From Eledone cirrhosa (taxonomy: Eukaryota), in contig OZ024741.1 in assembly GCA_964016885.1 (NCBI GenBank), positions 316,324,001 to 316,388,000 on the forward strand: DNA of 64,000 nucleotides, read 5' to 3'. Positions within the stretch are counted from its first letter, which is position 1. Every line of letters begins with the position of its first letter. This document shows positions 1-13,850 of the stretch, in pieces. The notes below the pieces were generated by a model. The model saw only the letters and a program-made list of their open reading frames with translations, made no database searches and was not told the DNA's origin. A program made the translations under genes and the position numbers.

Positions 1-1023
1 TTATTTTAATGTGTTTATATAATTTATGCAAAAGAAAATTCCATCATAATTTTATATAAAAACCTTCTTAAGTTACATTCCAAACACAAACCAAATAATG
101 AAAAGGTCGGTTATATTACTAAATTCTTCCAAATTCTTGATTATTTTCAAAAGGATTTGAAAATCATAGAGAATTTTACTAGACATTTCAACACATAATG
201 ATACATATGAATGAGTTAAAACAATAAAAGGTATCAGTAAGATTAATAAGTGAAGTAAAGAATCTTGTGTATACAATATCAAGGGCCATATTTTGCTGAC
301 CCCAACCCCAAGAAGAATTAAATTCAGAATGTAAAATGACCTGCTTATGAAAACACCTGGTGTTTAAGGTAAATGGTTTCTAACATAGATATATAAGGCC
401 ACAAATTTAAAAGGAGGGTATATATTTGATTATATTAACTCCCCTAGTACTTAACTGATACTTTACAGGATGAAAGACAAAGCTGATCTGAACAAGATTT
501 AAACTCAGAATGTAACGGAGACAATGTAACCACATACAGAAAGTCATTTATTTTCATCTCTACCACTCCTCCAATTTACCAGCCTGAATACTGAGGAAAA
601 TAATGAGGTGTAGTGCATAGGTGTTCATGTGCCAATGCAAATCTGTTTCTGTATGGAAGTATGTGTATATGTGTATGTGTGTATGTGTGTGTATGTATTT
701 GTATTTGTGTGCATATATGTCCTTGTATGTATGTGTAATTGTGTGTGTGTGTGTGTGTTTTAGCTTGTAGTCTGATTGCTAGGTGTAGTCTGCAAAAAAA
801 AAAATATTTTCTCTACTCTTCGATCCACCACCACCATCAATATTACAACCACCAGTGTCATCAATACTACCACATTCACCAGTACTATTATCACCTCCTC
901 TCTACCTAATATTTCATCAGCAACCCATGTGATGTGTTCCCCCCCCCCCCCCCAAAAAAAAAAGACCCGTTTCATTGGTTGATAGAAATGTGTTGGTGTT
1001 CAAGAAACACATTTTACTCTCAT

Positions 1024-1318
1024 TGATTGATTCCATTGATTGATTGGCTGACTGACTAGCTGGCTGGATGGTTGGATGGCTGGATGGTTGGCTGACTGAT
1101 TGGTGGATTGGTTGGTTGGTTGGTTGGATGGTTTGATGGCTGACTGGCTGATAGATTGGTTGGTTGGATGGTTAGATGGCTGACTGGTTGGTTGGATCAC
1201 TGGCTGGTTAGTTGGATGGTTGATTAGTTGGTTGGATGGCTGGCTGACTGATAGGATGGTTGGATGGTTGATTAGTTATTTGGATGGATGGCTGGTTGGA
1301 TGGCTGGCTGATTGGTTG
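1024..1318. repeat. Degenerate tetranucleotide tract (TGGT/TGGA/TGGC)n
   Basis: Directly visible; a comparable (CCTA)n tract lies at 10742-10980. Confidence 0.9.
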
Positions 1319-1830
1319 AGAGAAGATCAAAGTTTCTTAGTAGCTACAGCTGTTGTTGCCGACGTTGAGTCTATTTAATTTACCTAAGAACACCGCCTTA
1401 TATCAGGATTGAACTTATCTTCTGCAGCCTATAAGGTTGCTCTGATACTTTAAGATTAATAATGCAACAATGGCTAATCTCTTGTATTTATCTATCATTG
1501 TTTTTTAAGTGGGGTGGGGTAAAGTTGTTGCAGGCAAGAATGTTTTGTTGTTGATTTTTTTGGCGGGGTGGGAGGAATAATTTGTCTTCAGTAATTACCG
1601 TAATTCTTAATTAACGACATCTTGTGCATAGTTTGATCGTTAATGTTAATCTGTTAAATGCAAATCTCAAATCATTCAGCATCAAATCTCAAATGAGTCC
1701 TTCTAGCGTAAACTAACTTAACTTACATACACACATATTTATATAAGTACATGTGTCCTACCCATGCTAGCATGGAAAATGGATGTTAAACGATGATGTT
1801 GATGCTGAAGACATGTATTTGTGCATGTAT

Positions 1831-1901
<71 letters not shown>

Positions 1902-2091
1902 TGGAAAAATAATTTTGTTCCCTTAATTCAAAGTGCCAGCTTTGTCACACGTTGTCTTGCTGAATCTCCCTGAGCACTATGTTAAGGGTGCGTGTGTCAG
2001 TGAAATGATCAGCCACTTGCACATTAATTTCATGAGCAGGTTCTTCCGTTATTTGAATAACTGGAACAGTCATCGGAAATAATGGAAGCCC

Positions 2092-2149
<58 letters not shown>

Positions 2150-2456
2150 ATGGTGGTGGTGGTGGTGGTGGTGGTGGTGGTGGTAAGGGTAGCAGCAGAA
2201 ACAAAAACAAAGATATCATCATCAGTAGCAGAAGTTACTAATAATGACTAAGGTGGGAAGCAAAGGTAATTTATGAACCTCCATATGTGGAGAGAGGGGG
2301 CTGAGAGAGAAAGAGGAAAAAGGGGGAAAATAAGTGGAACATGTGGGGGCGTAGTGATAGAAGAGAAAGAGTGAGTAAGACAGGGGGAGTGAGATTAGGG
2401 GGAGAAAGGAACTGAAAAAGGGGTGGAGGGAGGGTGTTTGAAGTGGTGGTGGTGGC

Positions 2457-2512
<56 letters not shown>

Positions 2513-3263
2513 GGTGATGGGTGGATGATGCTAGCAGGGGAGTGATGATGGTGGTGATGGAGTGACGATTTTGTAAAGGGGTGTGGTAGTGGGGTGATGA
2601 TTTGTAAAGGTGGCAGTAGTGGTGGAGAGATGGGTTGGGGTGGTGTTAGTAGTGGGGTGATGGAATGATAGAGTGAATGTTTGAAAGTGTGGTGGTAGTG
2701 GTGATGATGTGATAATGAAGGTGAGGAGAGAGAGAGAGAGAGAGAGAGATGGGGGGGGAGAGAGAGAGAGAGAAGATGTATTTCCGGGACCAAACGATCC
2801 AAGATCTGGAGATCCGGAGAAGAAGCAAGTATCAAGACACTCTTGTGGGATTTGATATCTTGTTCAGTGACTCTAAGATATGGTAATTTGGGTGTTGAAT
2901 GTTTCAAGGGTTGAGATTGGATATAGCAAAGCATTAATGGCACTTCACATACACAAACACGCACACACACACATACACAAACACACACATACAAACACAA
3001 GCATACATACACACATCCAGTTCCTCACTCTCATATACATACATAAACATTAGCATGTGCATATTTTCATGTACATGACATACCTACATATATCCACACA
3101 TTAAAAAAATCATATGTAACACTCTCTCTCTCTATCTCTCTCTATATATATATATATTAACTATTGAGCACTTTGCCAGTATCATTTCTGATTTTTGCGT
3201 TTCGTTTCGCTTTTCCTGCCCGCCGAAAATGCGATTCTCACTGAATCTTTATTTGTGTATATT

Positions 3264-3326
<63 letters not shown>

Positions 3327-4203
3327 ACACACACTTAAGAAAGAAAAAAACATGTCATAAGCTCCACCACTTAGGGAGGCAGTGCTTCACTCTGAAGTTT
3401 TGTGGGGCTGAGTAAATGGATAACACCCTCCCCCACAATACACACCACCAACACCACTACTAAGAACACTACTGCCAGCAACAGCACCCCTAACAAGATA
3501 GTCATGATTGAAATGTCATTGATCATCAAACTGATTGATCACAACTGGATTGGGGTGAAACAATAACTAAAGTGTAGTGCCTAAAATATACACCAGAAGA
3601 TTGTAATAGTACAACTAAGAAAGCAATAGCAATTAATTCAACCCATTTATCTAGAGTAGCTGAGTATTCCGTAAACACATTTATCCCTAACACAATCCAT
3701 AAGTAGAACCAGTGTAACATTCTGTGTGAAAAGGTCAGATCTTTGAATTATATGTACAATTTAAAAAAAGGGCTTCAACATAGTTTCCATCTATTAGAAA
3801 ACCCGCCAGACAGTCCTATACGAGCAAGACAACCAATCGTGCGTCACGTAGGACAACTCCCGTCTAAACCCATGCTAGCGTGGAAGATAGACGTTAAACG
3901 ACGATGATGATGATGATGATGATGACAATTTGCTTCATAATGTTTACATCAACTCCAGACTATGGTAAATGACGCCCAAGATGCCACACAGTGCAACTGA
4001 ACCTGGGACCTTTTGATTGCAAAGCAAACTTCTTAACCAATCAGCCATACCTGCATCAATGTACATGTATATATGTGTGTGTGTGTGTTTTAGTGAAACT
4101 ACTTCGAAATTTCACTAAAATTCCCAACTTCTGGAAATACACACACATACACATGCACATGAGCCTGTATGTATGACTGAGTATAGCTATACACGCACGC
4201 ACG

Positions 4204-4260
<57 letters not shown>

Positions 4261-4267
4261 GTATTAA

Positions 4268-4446
4268 CCCTTTAGCATTTAACCAGCTGTATCCGGCCAG
4301 AATTCTCTCACCTCTTTCTGTTCAAACTGGCCGTAATTGGCCACTCATGTATTGTTGTCAAAATCTTATAGATTCAATATTATGTGACATAACGCCTTTA
4401 CTGGAAAGTACAATAGTATATATAGAGTAATGTAAATACTAAAGGG
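4268..4446. mobile_element. piggyBac-type MITE family A
   Basis: TTAA|CCCTTTAGCATTTA...TAAATACTAAAGGG|TTGA. Confidence 0.8.
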
Positions 4447-5192
4447 TTGAGTAATTGGCACAAGGTCAGTAATTTGGGGGAAGGAAAAGGTTGATTATAT
4501 TGACTGCAGTACTTAACTGGTATTTATTTTACTGAAGGATGAAAGGTAAAGTTGACACCAGGGAGATTTGAACACAGAATGAGAAAAAGATAACTAAATG
4601 GTACTAATAATACTAATGAAGATGTGATGCTTCTTGGAAGATATTACAATCTTACTGCGCTCCACAATCCCACCACCACCTCCAATGCATACATATACAT
4701 ATACACGCATACACAATCATATACACATGTACATACAATCACACATACAAATACACAAGCACAAACACATTAGTAACATATACATATTAACACATAAACA
4801 CACAGAGAGAAGGAAGTGTAGGTGATGGTGAATGTTAGCTTTAAAAGAATCAATATAAATAAAAGAAGCCAACATCATTAAGATTCAGTACAAAAACTCT
4901 GGGTATTTTTTTTCTTCTGATTTCATGGACAATATGGAAGCAATTAAGATGATAGAGAAATGTTTGTGGAAATATATATATATGTATGTGTATGCATGTG
5001 TGTGTCTATGTATATATTTGTGTGTGTGTGTGCATGTATGTATGTGTATTTGTGTATGTAGGTATAAATATATGTGTATAAATATGTGTGTGTATATGTG
5101 TGTGTGTGTGTAATATATATCATCACCATTTTACGTCAGGTTTTCCATGGTTACAAAGGTTGGATTATATATATGGTATACATATGTGTGTG

Positions 5193-5276
<84 letters not shown>

Positions 5277-5548
5277 TGTACAATGTATAGGTATAGATGA
5301 AGTCAACATAGATTTGAACAACTAACTATAAGAAAAGAAAATATGCAATGTCAGAAGTTGCAACTTTACAAATACTTTCCTCAAGTGTCCAAAAAATTGT
5401 ATGTATGTGTCTGTGTGTGAGTCCTGGATATATCATCATGCCTAATATCTACTACACTCACTACCACCATCAACACTAATAACACACCATCATCATGATG
5501 GAGTCTGTTAATAGTGAAGAGGAAAAACACTTCTAAAAATATAAACAT

Positions 5549-5876
5549 GGCTTAGTGGTTAGAGCATTGGCCTTGCAATCGAAAGGTTGTGGGTCAATTC
5601 TCAGACCGGGTGATGTGTTGTTTCCTTGAACAAGGCACTTTATTTCACATTGCTCCAGTTTACTCAGCTGTAGAAATGAGATGATAGGGACTGGGGTCCC
5701 TATCATTCCACTGCAAAGTGGTCGTGGAGGTGCCACGGCAAAAAAGCACCCAGCACTCACTGTAAATGAGGTTGGTGTTAGGAAGGGCATCCAGCTGTAG
5801 AAATCAAGCCAGAATCAGTTCTCGTCCCACCCTTGCAAGCAGGGAAAAGTGGACGTAAAATGAAATGATGATGATG
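5549..5876 (+). mobile_element. tRNA-headed SINE with RTE-type tail
   Basis: A-box TGGCTTAGTGG, degenerate B-box, core TGTTTCCTTGAACAAGGCACTTTATTTCAC, internal hairpin ATGATAGGGAC/GTCCCTATCAT, tail GGACGTAAAA..(GAT)n; similar copies at 12809-13163(-) and 28041-28345(+). Confidence 0.85.
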
Positions 5877-6112
5877 AAATGATATAGTATATCAACTTGC
5901 TTAAGGATTTTGAAGTCTGCCTGATAACTATTGATCTGGTGCTAAACAAGAAAGACAACATAGACAAACACCACCACCACCATATATGGGTATATATATA
6001 TATGTATTTGTATTTTGTATGTATAAATATGTTTGTGTATGTGAGTGTGTCTGTGTGTACATTTATGCATATGTGTGTGTGTATCAATGCACAAACTGTG
6101 AGTGTATATACA

Positions 6113-6216
<104 letters not shown>

Positions 6217-6348
6217 ACGAAGGTGGTGTGATAAGGAACCAAATGGAACATCACACACCAGAGTACTCAATATTTAGGGTAGTAGAGTGGGTAATAGGAA
6301 AATGTTTAACCCCGACAGCAGAGCTCTGCCATCGGGGTTAAACATTTT

Positions 6349-6353
<5 letters not shown>
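6217..6353. mobile_element. Unclassified hairpin-ended element, copy 1
   Basis: ~135 bp within (TA)n; AGAGTGGGTAATA motif then a 60-bp spacerless palindrome 6294-6353 (2 mismatched pairs). Confidence 0.75.
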
Positions 6354-6416
<63 letters not shown>

Positions 6417-6767
6417 TCTACACAATACCACAATACACGAAAAACACAATTACAGAAATATATGCAAATGTATGAATGTATGACGGCAATTTTTGTTCAT
6501 CAGGGTAGGAGAGAAGACAAAGGTAGAAAGACTCACTCCCACCTCACCATATCTAGTGGAGCCAGGGTGGAAAGTGCTATAGAAATGAGGTAGTTACAAG
6601 GAGGAGAGGGCAGAGGAGAGCTTACAGTCTCTTTTCCCATAATACTAAGAGGAAGAGTTGCAAGTACAGCTGTTTTTTGGTAAACAAAGGGTTGACACTA
6701 TACCAGCTGTTTGTTCTCGATAACATACCTTGATTGAACTGAATGTAGTTCTTTCTCTCTTTCTCAC

Positions 6768-6807
<40 letters not shown>

Positions 6808-7430
6808 CTATATATACTCAAATATAAGCCTGATTCGAATATAAGCCAACCCCTATTTAATATCTGTGAAATGGGTAAAAATCAAAATCCTGTTTATAAT
6901 ACAAGGCAGCTAATGAACACATTATGTGTAGATGGTGCAGTTTTGAAATTCTCATGTGTAGAGATATCTAAAATGTCTTAACCCTTTAATATTCAAACCG
7001 GCCAAAACCGGCCAGAATTCTCTACCTTTTTCTGTTGAAACTGGCTGTAACTGGTCACTCAAACTAATGTTAAGGTATTGTTCTCAAAATAAATACTTTC
7101 AAAATCTCATAGATTCGATATTATGTGAGATAAAGCATTTACCATGAAAATATAATAGTATATATAGAGTAATGTGAATGCTAAAGGGTTAAGGGTTGTT
7201 TCGAGTATAATTTTTGTTTCACAATTCCATTACACAATGATCTTTTATCAATTTCCGACTGTTTTGAAAGCCATATTCATTCAAAACATATAAAAAGGAA
7301 TAGGAAATATGAATTCAATGTCAAAAATGAAACTGATATTATATTCACCTCCAAAGCGAAAATAGAATACTGACATCAAATATAAGCTGACACTCCATTT
7401 CACGATCAATTTTTTTTTTCACATAATTCC
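6808..7430. mobile_element. Old Tc1/mariner-pogo-like non-autonomous relic hosting a nested MITE
   Basis: Repeated ..AATATAAGC motifs (6819-6846, 7378-7390) resemble Tc2/pogo-type MITE subterminal repeats; right terminus not found. Confidence 0.35.
6982..7188. mobile_element. piggyBac-type MITE family A
   Basis: TTAA|CCCTTTAATATTC...GAATGCTAAAGGG|TTAA: TTAA duplication and CCC/GGG termini. Confidence 0.85.
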
Positions 7431-7975
7431 TGACATTAAATGAATATCTAACGTCCATTTAACCTGCTAGTACTGAATCAGAGCTACTGACCTCCCAGAA
7501 AAGCCAGGAGTGGTCAGCATTTCGCTTATGTATCATCTCATATTCTACCTAGTACAGAAAAGAAGTTGTCATGTATTTGACACAATTGAAGGGTCCTCCC
7601 AACCCATTGTTTGGCAAGTTTTCTACAGTTGGATGCACTTCCTATCACTAACCAGTTTAGAGTGCATGTAAATCACCAACACTAGGGAGGTTGTCATGTC
7701 CTATACACAACAGAAGAGTCTTCCCAACCCTTTGTTTGGAAAGCTTCCTACAGTTGGATGCCCTTCCTATCACCAACCACTTTACAGCATGTACTGAGTG
7801 CATTTATCATATAGATCACCAACACTGGAGAGGTTGTCACACTGTCACACAACTGATGAGTCCACTCAACCCATTTTTAGGTACGGTTTCTACAGCAGGG
7901 TGCCCTTCCTGTGGCCAACCATCTTACAGGTGTACCAAGTGCATTTTCATGATGCCAACCTTACATCTTATGGTG

Positions 7976-8720
7976 CAAGGTCTTTGTAAACAACATTTTT
8001 ACTTCTTTTTTACCCACTCCTTCAGGAATCCTGATATGAGAATCAGTACAGCCCTGGCAAAAAAAGGTCTGGCCATTGCAGGATAAAGGAGTCCCACATA
8101 ACATTACTTGGAAGATACTTGAATGATTGAGGCCATACACCAATGGTTTTAAGAGATGTAGTCTCTGTCTTAGTGAGAAATTAAAAATATGATAAGGTTT
8201 TTCATCGCCAAACAATAATTATTTGAACTCAAAGAGCAAAATTTGTAGAAAATGCCTCCTTGTTAAGTGGAAGTACTCAACAAATTCTACTGATTTTCAA
8301 CCACCTTAATTTGATTTATATACTTCCATAATATATTTCCTTTCTTTTTCTTTCTCCACATTTACATAATACAGTTCACCTTCTATACTACTCTACTCCC
8401 TATCTTAATAAATATTACCATCTCTATATTACATACAACTATGTAACACTATACTTCTGCTGTAGCCTTCGAACACTAATACATGTATGATTTCGCTATT
8501 TCAAATTTGCATCTTGGAGTTATTTCCCTTTGTTATAATACATTTTCGTAAACTAATGTTTTTAGCATGCATTAATTTTAAAACTCATAAAAGTGCCTGA
8601 AGATTAGGTCACAATTTTGACCCCTCTTACATTCTGGAGATATGGTAAATATTACACCTTGAAACCTTAGGTAACATTTTTGTTCCGCGTATGAACATAG
8701 AGCACTGTTTTCCTTTTTAC
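7976..8720 (+). mobile_element. Penelope-like retroelement 3' remnant (GIY-YIG endonuclease C-terminal part plus pLTR region)
   Basis: Degenerate translation GLCKQHFY..HSFRNPDMRISTALAK/VWPLQDKGVPHNITWKILE*LRPYTNGFKRCSLCLSEKLKI..NNYLNSKSKICRKC resembles the PLE GIY-YIG C-terminus; it has stops and frameshifts; a hammerhead motif lies ~340 nt downstream on the same strand. Confidence 0.85.
8589..8681 (+). ncRNA. Type I hammerhead ribozyme motif (slightly degenerate), Penelope-associated
   Basis: CTGAAGA 8597-8603; stem II AGGT/ACCT; GAAA 8661-8664; stem III ACC-TTA-GGT; GTA cleavage triplet 8671-8673; stem I AAAAGTGC/ACATTTTT with a C-A mismatch at the core-proximal pair. Confidence 0.7.
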
Positions 8721-8792
<72 letters not shown>

Positions 8793-9589
8793 TTGTATGC
8801 ATTTGTGTGTTTATTAACATGTGCACAAATATATGTGCATGTGGTGTCTGTCTGTATGGACATGTATGCACGTGTGTGTATGCATGAATATGTGTGTATG
8901 CATGCATGTACATGTGTTTGAATGATGGGGGGGGGTTATTTGTCTTGCAGAATGGTAGTGAAGGGGGGGGGGGGTATGAGAAGATATTATATAGCCTGAG
9001 AGCAATGGTAGAAGGAGGGTAAAGATGAGGATGAAGTGATAGAGGAGAGGGGACCTTAATAAGGAGTGAGGCAGGTGGTAGATAGCATAGCACAAAGTAT
9101 AGCATCAATAATAAAGTGAGCGAGAGGGGTTAGGGGAGTGATGTGAGCGTATCAATGAAGGGGAAAGATAGAGTGGTATATGTGTGCATATGAAGGGAGG
9201 GGGGGGGGCATATATGAATGAGGGGAAGAGGAAGAGAGAAAGAGATTGATATTTAAGAGTATATGAATGAGGAGTAGAGGAAAAGAGTATGTACCATGTG
9301 TATTGATGTAGGGGTAGGGCTGCAAGAGAAGGAGGTAGGAGTAACATATTACACAGCAGAGGGTTGGGGGAGCAATTGTTGTTGAAGGAGAGGAGGGAAG
9401 AAGGACTTGACAATGATAGTGGGTAAAGTAGAGAAATGAGGAGAGACTAGAATGAGAGGGAGGGAATATGTGTATGTGTGTGTGGTGCTGGTATAATAAT
9501 TGTAAATAATGGGAGGGGTGGGGACTAAAGATAGCATAGTAATAGTACTACAAGTATTTCACTTTATTATACAATGCTTTATGATATTA

Positions 9590-9692
<103 letters not shown>

Positions 9693-9782
9693 TATATAAA
9701 CACACTAGCTGACCTTGACCATTTGCTATATATATGCACATACATATATTCCAAAACCGGCTTTGTTTTATTTCCCATTCTA

Positions 9783-9818
9783 TCTTTTGATGAAACACTA
9801 TCACCCGAAACCTCAAGA
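9783..9818 (+). ncRNA. Degenerate minimal hammerhead-like motif
   Basis: TCTT-TTGATGA-(13 nt)-GAAAC-C-TC-AAGA: stem I TCTT/AAGA intact, core C3 changed to T, stem II poorly paired. Confidence 0.35.
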
Positions 9819-9920
9819 GTTTTTCCTACTAGATGAAGCATTAAATTAATATACATCTTCACTGTACTGTGTTACTTTCCATTTACTTTTCACACACACA
9901 GACATATATATATATATATA

Positions 9921-10108
9921 GCTCCTTTGGGAGCCCCGACATGGACACACTAGAAGAGGAAGACCAAGGTTAACATATGTTGATGCCCTAGGGACAGACA
10001 CTGGTCTGTTGGAGATGCAGGATATGGCAGCGATAATGAGGGACAGGGACCGCTGGGGAGAACTCGTCCATGGATCTCGGGAATTTTACCCGCCTTAGAT
10101 AGATAGAT
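9921..10108 (+). mobile_element. RTE/RTEX-type LINE 3' end inserted in (TA)n
   Basis: LLWEPRHGHTRRGRPRLTYVDALGTDTGLLEMQDMAAIMRDRDRWGELVHGSREFYPP* followed by a (TAGA)n tail. Confidence 0.85.
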
Positions 10109-10112
10109 ATAT

Positions 10113-10441
10113 AGCAAAATTGGCAACAGACACAAAAACTCAGATGTCATTGGCTGTTGAAATAGACGTAAAGTTTTGACCCCTACTGGCAGTACTGCTG
10201 GGTCCTCAAACTAGACCAGTTGAGTTCAAGGATGTCATCCAACGATCGATTTAACTCTGGGTCCGTTGCTAGTTAGTTTTGCCCATAAAATTTGTCCGGC
10301 AATTCTTTCCTGAGACATCTTAACAACTGGCAATTGGAACATTACAACCCTTACAGGTAAGGGCAGGAACTAGTGGAGGAAGCCAGATGCTAAACTCTCT
10401 ATTATGAACACCTTTTTCCAACACAAAGACCTCCATAAATA
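10113..10441 (+). mobile_element. RTE-type LINE 5' region with internally deleted AP endonuclease
   Basis: LTTGNWNITTLTGK/QELVEEAR (APE start) joined almost directly to LSIMNTFFQHKDLHKY (late APE motif). Confidence 0.65.
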
Positions 10442-12239
10442 TAATATATTTGAATTATATATTGAATTATAATATATATATATATTATATTATATACTAA
10501 AAGTAAAGTATATACTATACAATATATTACATTGTTTTATATTTTTATATCCTACATAGACACACACACATATACATTATTTTTATTCCTCATTTTTTTT
10601 ATTTATTAATTCCCTCTGGTATCTTTTCTTCCTTTTCTTTATGTATATATATATGTTTGCATGTTTCATATTTTTCTCTTTATTCATAAATTGATCTATT
10701 GTTTTATTTTCAAGATAAACACAACACTAAAACACTTATGCACTTACCTACCTACCCATCTATCAACCTACAACACTAGCCACCTACTTACCTATCAACC
10801 CACTCATCAGCCTACCTACCTACGTACCCACCTACCTACATAGGTATCAGCCTACCTATCAACCTACCCACCTGCCTACCTACTAACCTACCTATCTATG
10901 TCCTTACCTACCTACCTACTTAAACTACCTGCCCACCTGCCTACATATCTACCCACCTACCTACTTACCTACATACCTAATTCATCCCTTATCCTTTGCA
11001 TAGAATAACTAACACACTAGCAACAGCATCAGTACCACAACCACCAACAACAACATTAACACTAGCACCAGCACCACCAATACAATTATCACCACTACCA
11101 CCACCAGCACAAGCACCATCACCACGTTACAAATTACAGTTTCTATCATGTTACTCAACCTCCCCCTCCGGGCACAGATGAATGAGAAGTAGTGGTTGGT
11201 TTTACTGGAATAGGAGAAGGGGTGAACACACACAAATGTATAGGAAGAGCATCCATCGATAGAAAACCGACCATACAAAGAGTTAGAAGCACTCTTCAGC
11301 TGTGTCAAAGAGATAACCTTCCTAGTGCTGGTGTCTTGATAAAATGCACTTGGTGGTGTGCAGGATCATATGAAAGTGAGTCCCAGGCTGCCAGCCCATC
11401 TGAGCACTAGGGAAGGTACAGGAACATATGTAAGATGAAGTGCCCCAGCCCACCTTGAGGTAAGTACTTCTGCTTTGAGTATCAACCAAGTCTGCTCAAA
11501 ACCCATTCAGCCTTTACAAGCAAGGAAAGGGGATGTTAAACAATGATGTTAATGAGATATTATCCGATGCTAGTATGGAAGAACAGCTGATAAATGAAGA
11601 TGATGATGATGATGACGACCACGATATGAGTGTGTGTGTGGAGGGGGGGGGTGCTATAATAAACATATTCACAACAGATTAACCAAATTAATAAGTATTG
11701 AGAACTGTCATTTAAACATGTGTGAATACACATAAATAACATACATATCTTTGTGTGTGTATGTATGTTTATGTATATATATATATACATATATATGTAT
11801 ATATATATATATTCACACACATGTACTCACTCACACCACACGTATATATGTGTACAATAAGTATGAACCTAATATGGTATTTGTATGTTTGTTAATTAAT
11901 TAAACCACCAATCCTAGAATTATAGCTCTCTGTATCTTACCTGAGAATCAGGGTAATCTAGATTGGCTTAAATCCACCTGTACTTTTGTCAAAATAAGGC
12001 CATATGACCTGCTTTAGACTAATTATCACCTCAGTGTATGAATATGTGTGTATCAATATATGTGTATGCACACGTGTGTATTTCCAAAAGTATGTGTGTA
12101 TGTCTACAGGTTTGAGGATGTGTGCGTATGTATGCCTACAGGTGTGTGAGTATGAATGTTGCACTGGCATGTAAGACGGAGTTATACATGGCGGGGATGG
12201 CCTGTAGTGAGTGAAAATATATGATGGACCCTCAAACGG

Positions 12240-12432
12240 TAGAGCGTCGGACAACATGTTTAGCAGCAGAGTGTTGACCCTTTGCATGCTCAGTTCAAAT
12301 CTTGCCGTGGTTAGCTTTGGTTTTCATCCTTACGAGGTCAATAAAATAAAGTACCAGTAATGCACAGTGGTTGATTTAATCGACTTTCCCTTCCCTAAAA
12401 ATTATTAGACGTGTGCCTAAATCAGAAACCAT
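12240..12432 (+). mobile_element. Meta-like-core SINE
   Basis: GTTCAAATCTTGCC..TTTCATCCTTACGAGGTCAATAAAATAAAGTACC. Confidence 0.8.
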
Positions 12433-12808
12433 TATTGTTGTCAACAAAATACAGTAGCACTCACACACACACATCACATTGTTTCTGAACCTCATGGTTT
12501 CACATTAACATAATATCTAGAGCAAATGTCTTCTACTTTTAGTCCTGGGCTGACCAATGCCTTTTCAGTGAATCTTATTATATAGGCCTACTATGTATTG
12601 GATGGGTTGGCACTCAGTCACTTTCATCCTTCCTCAACACATGTCCAACCAGCCATCTCAATCAATTTCAACATTCATCACTGGCTCTAGTCCCCTCTCC
12701 CACTGGCGCTACCCTCATACCCAGCCACCTTCATCTTTCCTCTATTCTTATTATCCCCATAATGGTTTGGTAACAAAAGGATTAAGAACCATGGAAGATA
12801 CAGGTAGA

Positions 12809-13163
12809 TCATCATCATCATCATCATTTTACATCCGCTTTTCCCTGCTTGCAAGGGTGGGACGGGAACTGATTCTGGCTTGATTTCTACAGCTGAATGC
12901 CCTTCCTAACACCAACCTCATTTACAGTGAGTGCTGGGTGCTTTTTTTCCGTGGCGCCTACACGTCCACTTTACAGCATGGGATGGGTGCTTTTTTGCCG
13001 TGGAATGATAGGGACCCCAGTCCTATCATCATTTCTACAGCTGAGTAAACTGGATCAATGTGAAATAAAGTGTCTTGCTCAAGGAAACAACACATCACTC
13101 GGTCTGAGAATTGAACTCACAACCTTTCGATTGCAAGCCCAATGCTCTAACCACTAAGCCATG
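12809..13163 (-). mobile_element. tRNA-headed SINE with RTE-type tail
   Basis: Reverse-complement copy of the 5549-5876 family, with B-box AGTTCAATTC. Confidence 0.85.
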
Positions 13164-13764
13164 TAATATCTAGGGGGGTGGGGTGAATCTTCTGAAAAAA
13201 TTTTAACTTGCCATAGGCTCAATCAATGCATGGGGAGACAAGGATAGATTTACCCCTGAAAAAGTGTTTGTGATTTTTTCTTTTTTTTTTTGTCTTCTTC
13301 TATCATCTGAACTTGCAGATGATTATTGGTTAACATGAAACCACTGATATCCCTCCTTTGAGTGGACCAAGATGAGTGGTGACAGGAAGGGCACCCTGTT
13401 GTAGAAACCATACCCACAAAAAAGAAAGATAGAGAGGACCCATCAATTGGGTCACAATAACCTCTCTAGTGTTGGTGAACTACATGATAAACGCACCCAG
13501 TACACACTGTAAAGTGGTTGGTGATAGGAAAGGCATCCAGCCATAGAAACCTTCCCAATCAAAGTGTTGGGAGGAGCCTTCTGTTGTGTCAAAGACATAA
13601 CAATCACTCCTGTGCACTCGATAGAATCTAAGACCATACATAAGTGAGATGCAGACTGTCCGGCCTGTCTAAAAGGTCAGTAGCCCCATCCTACCCTTGC
13701 TAGTAGGGAAAGAAGATATAAACAATATTGACGATGATGATGCATATATGTATACATATGTACA

Positions 13765-13795
<31 letters not shown>

Positions 13796-13804
13796 GCGCG
13801 CGTG

Positions 13805-13850
<46 letters not shown>

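Noticed and set aside
11936-12010. Strong minus-strand donor CAG|gtaaga
   Set aside because: Weak acceptors and stop codons in all frames; no supportable exon.
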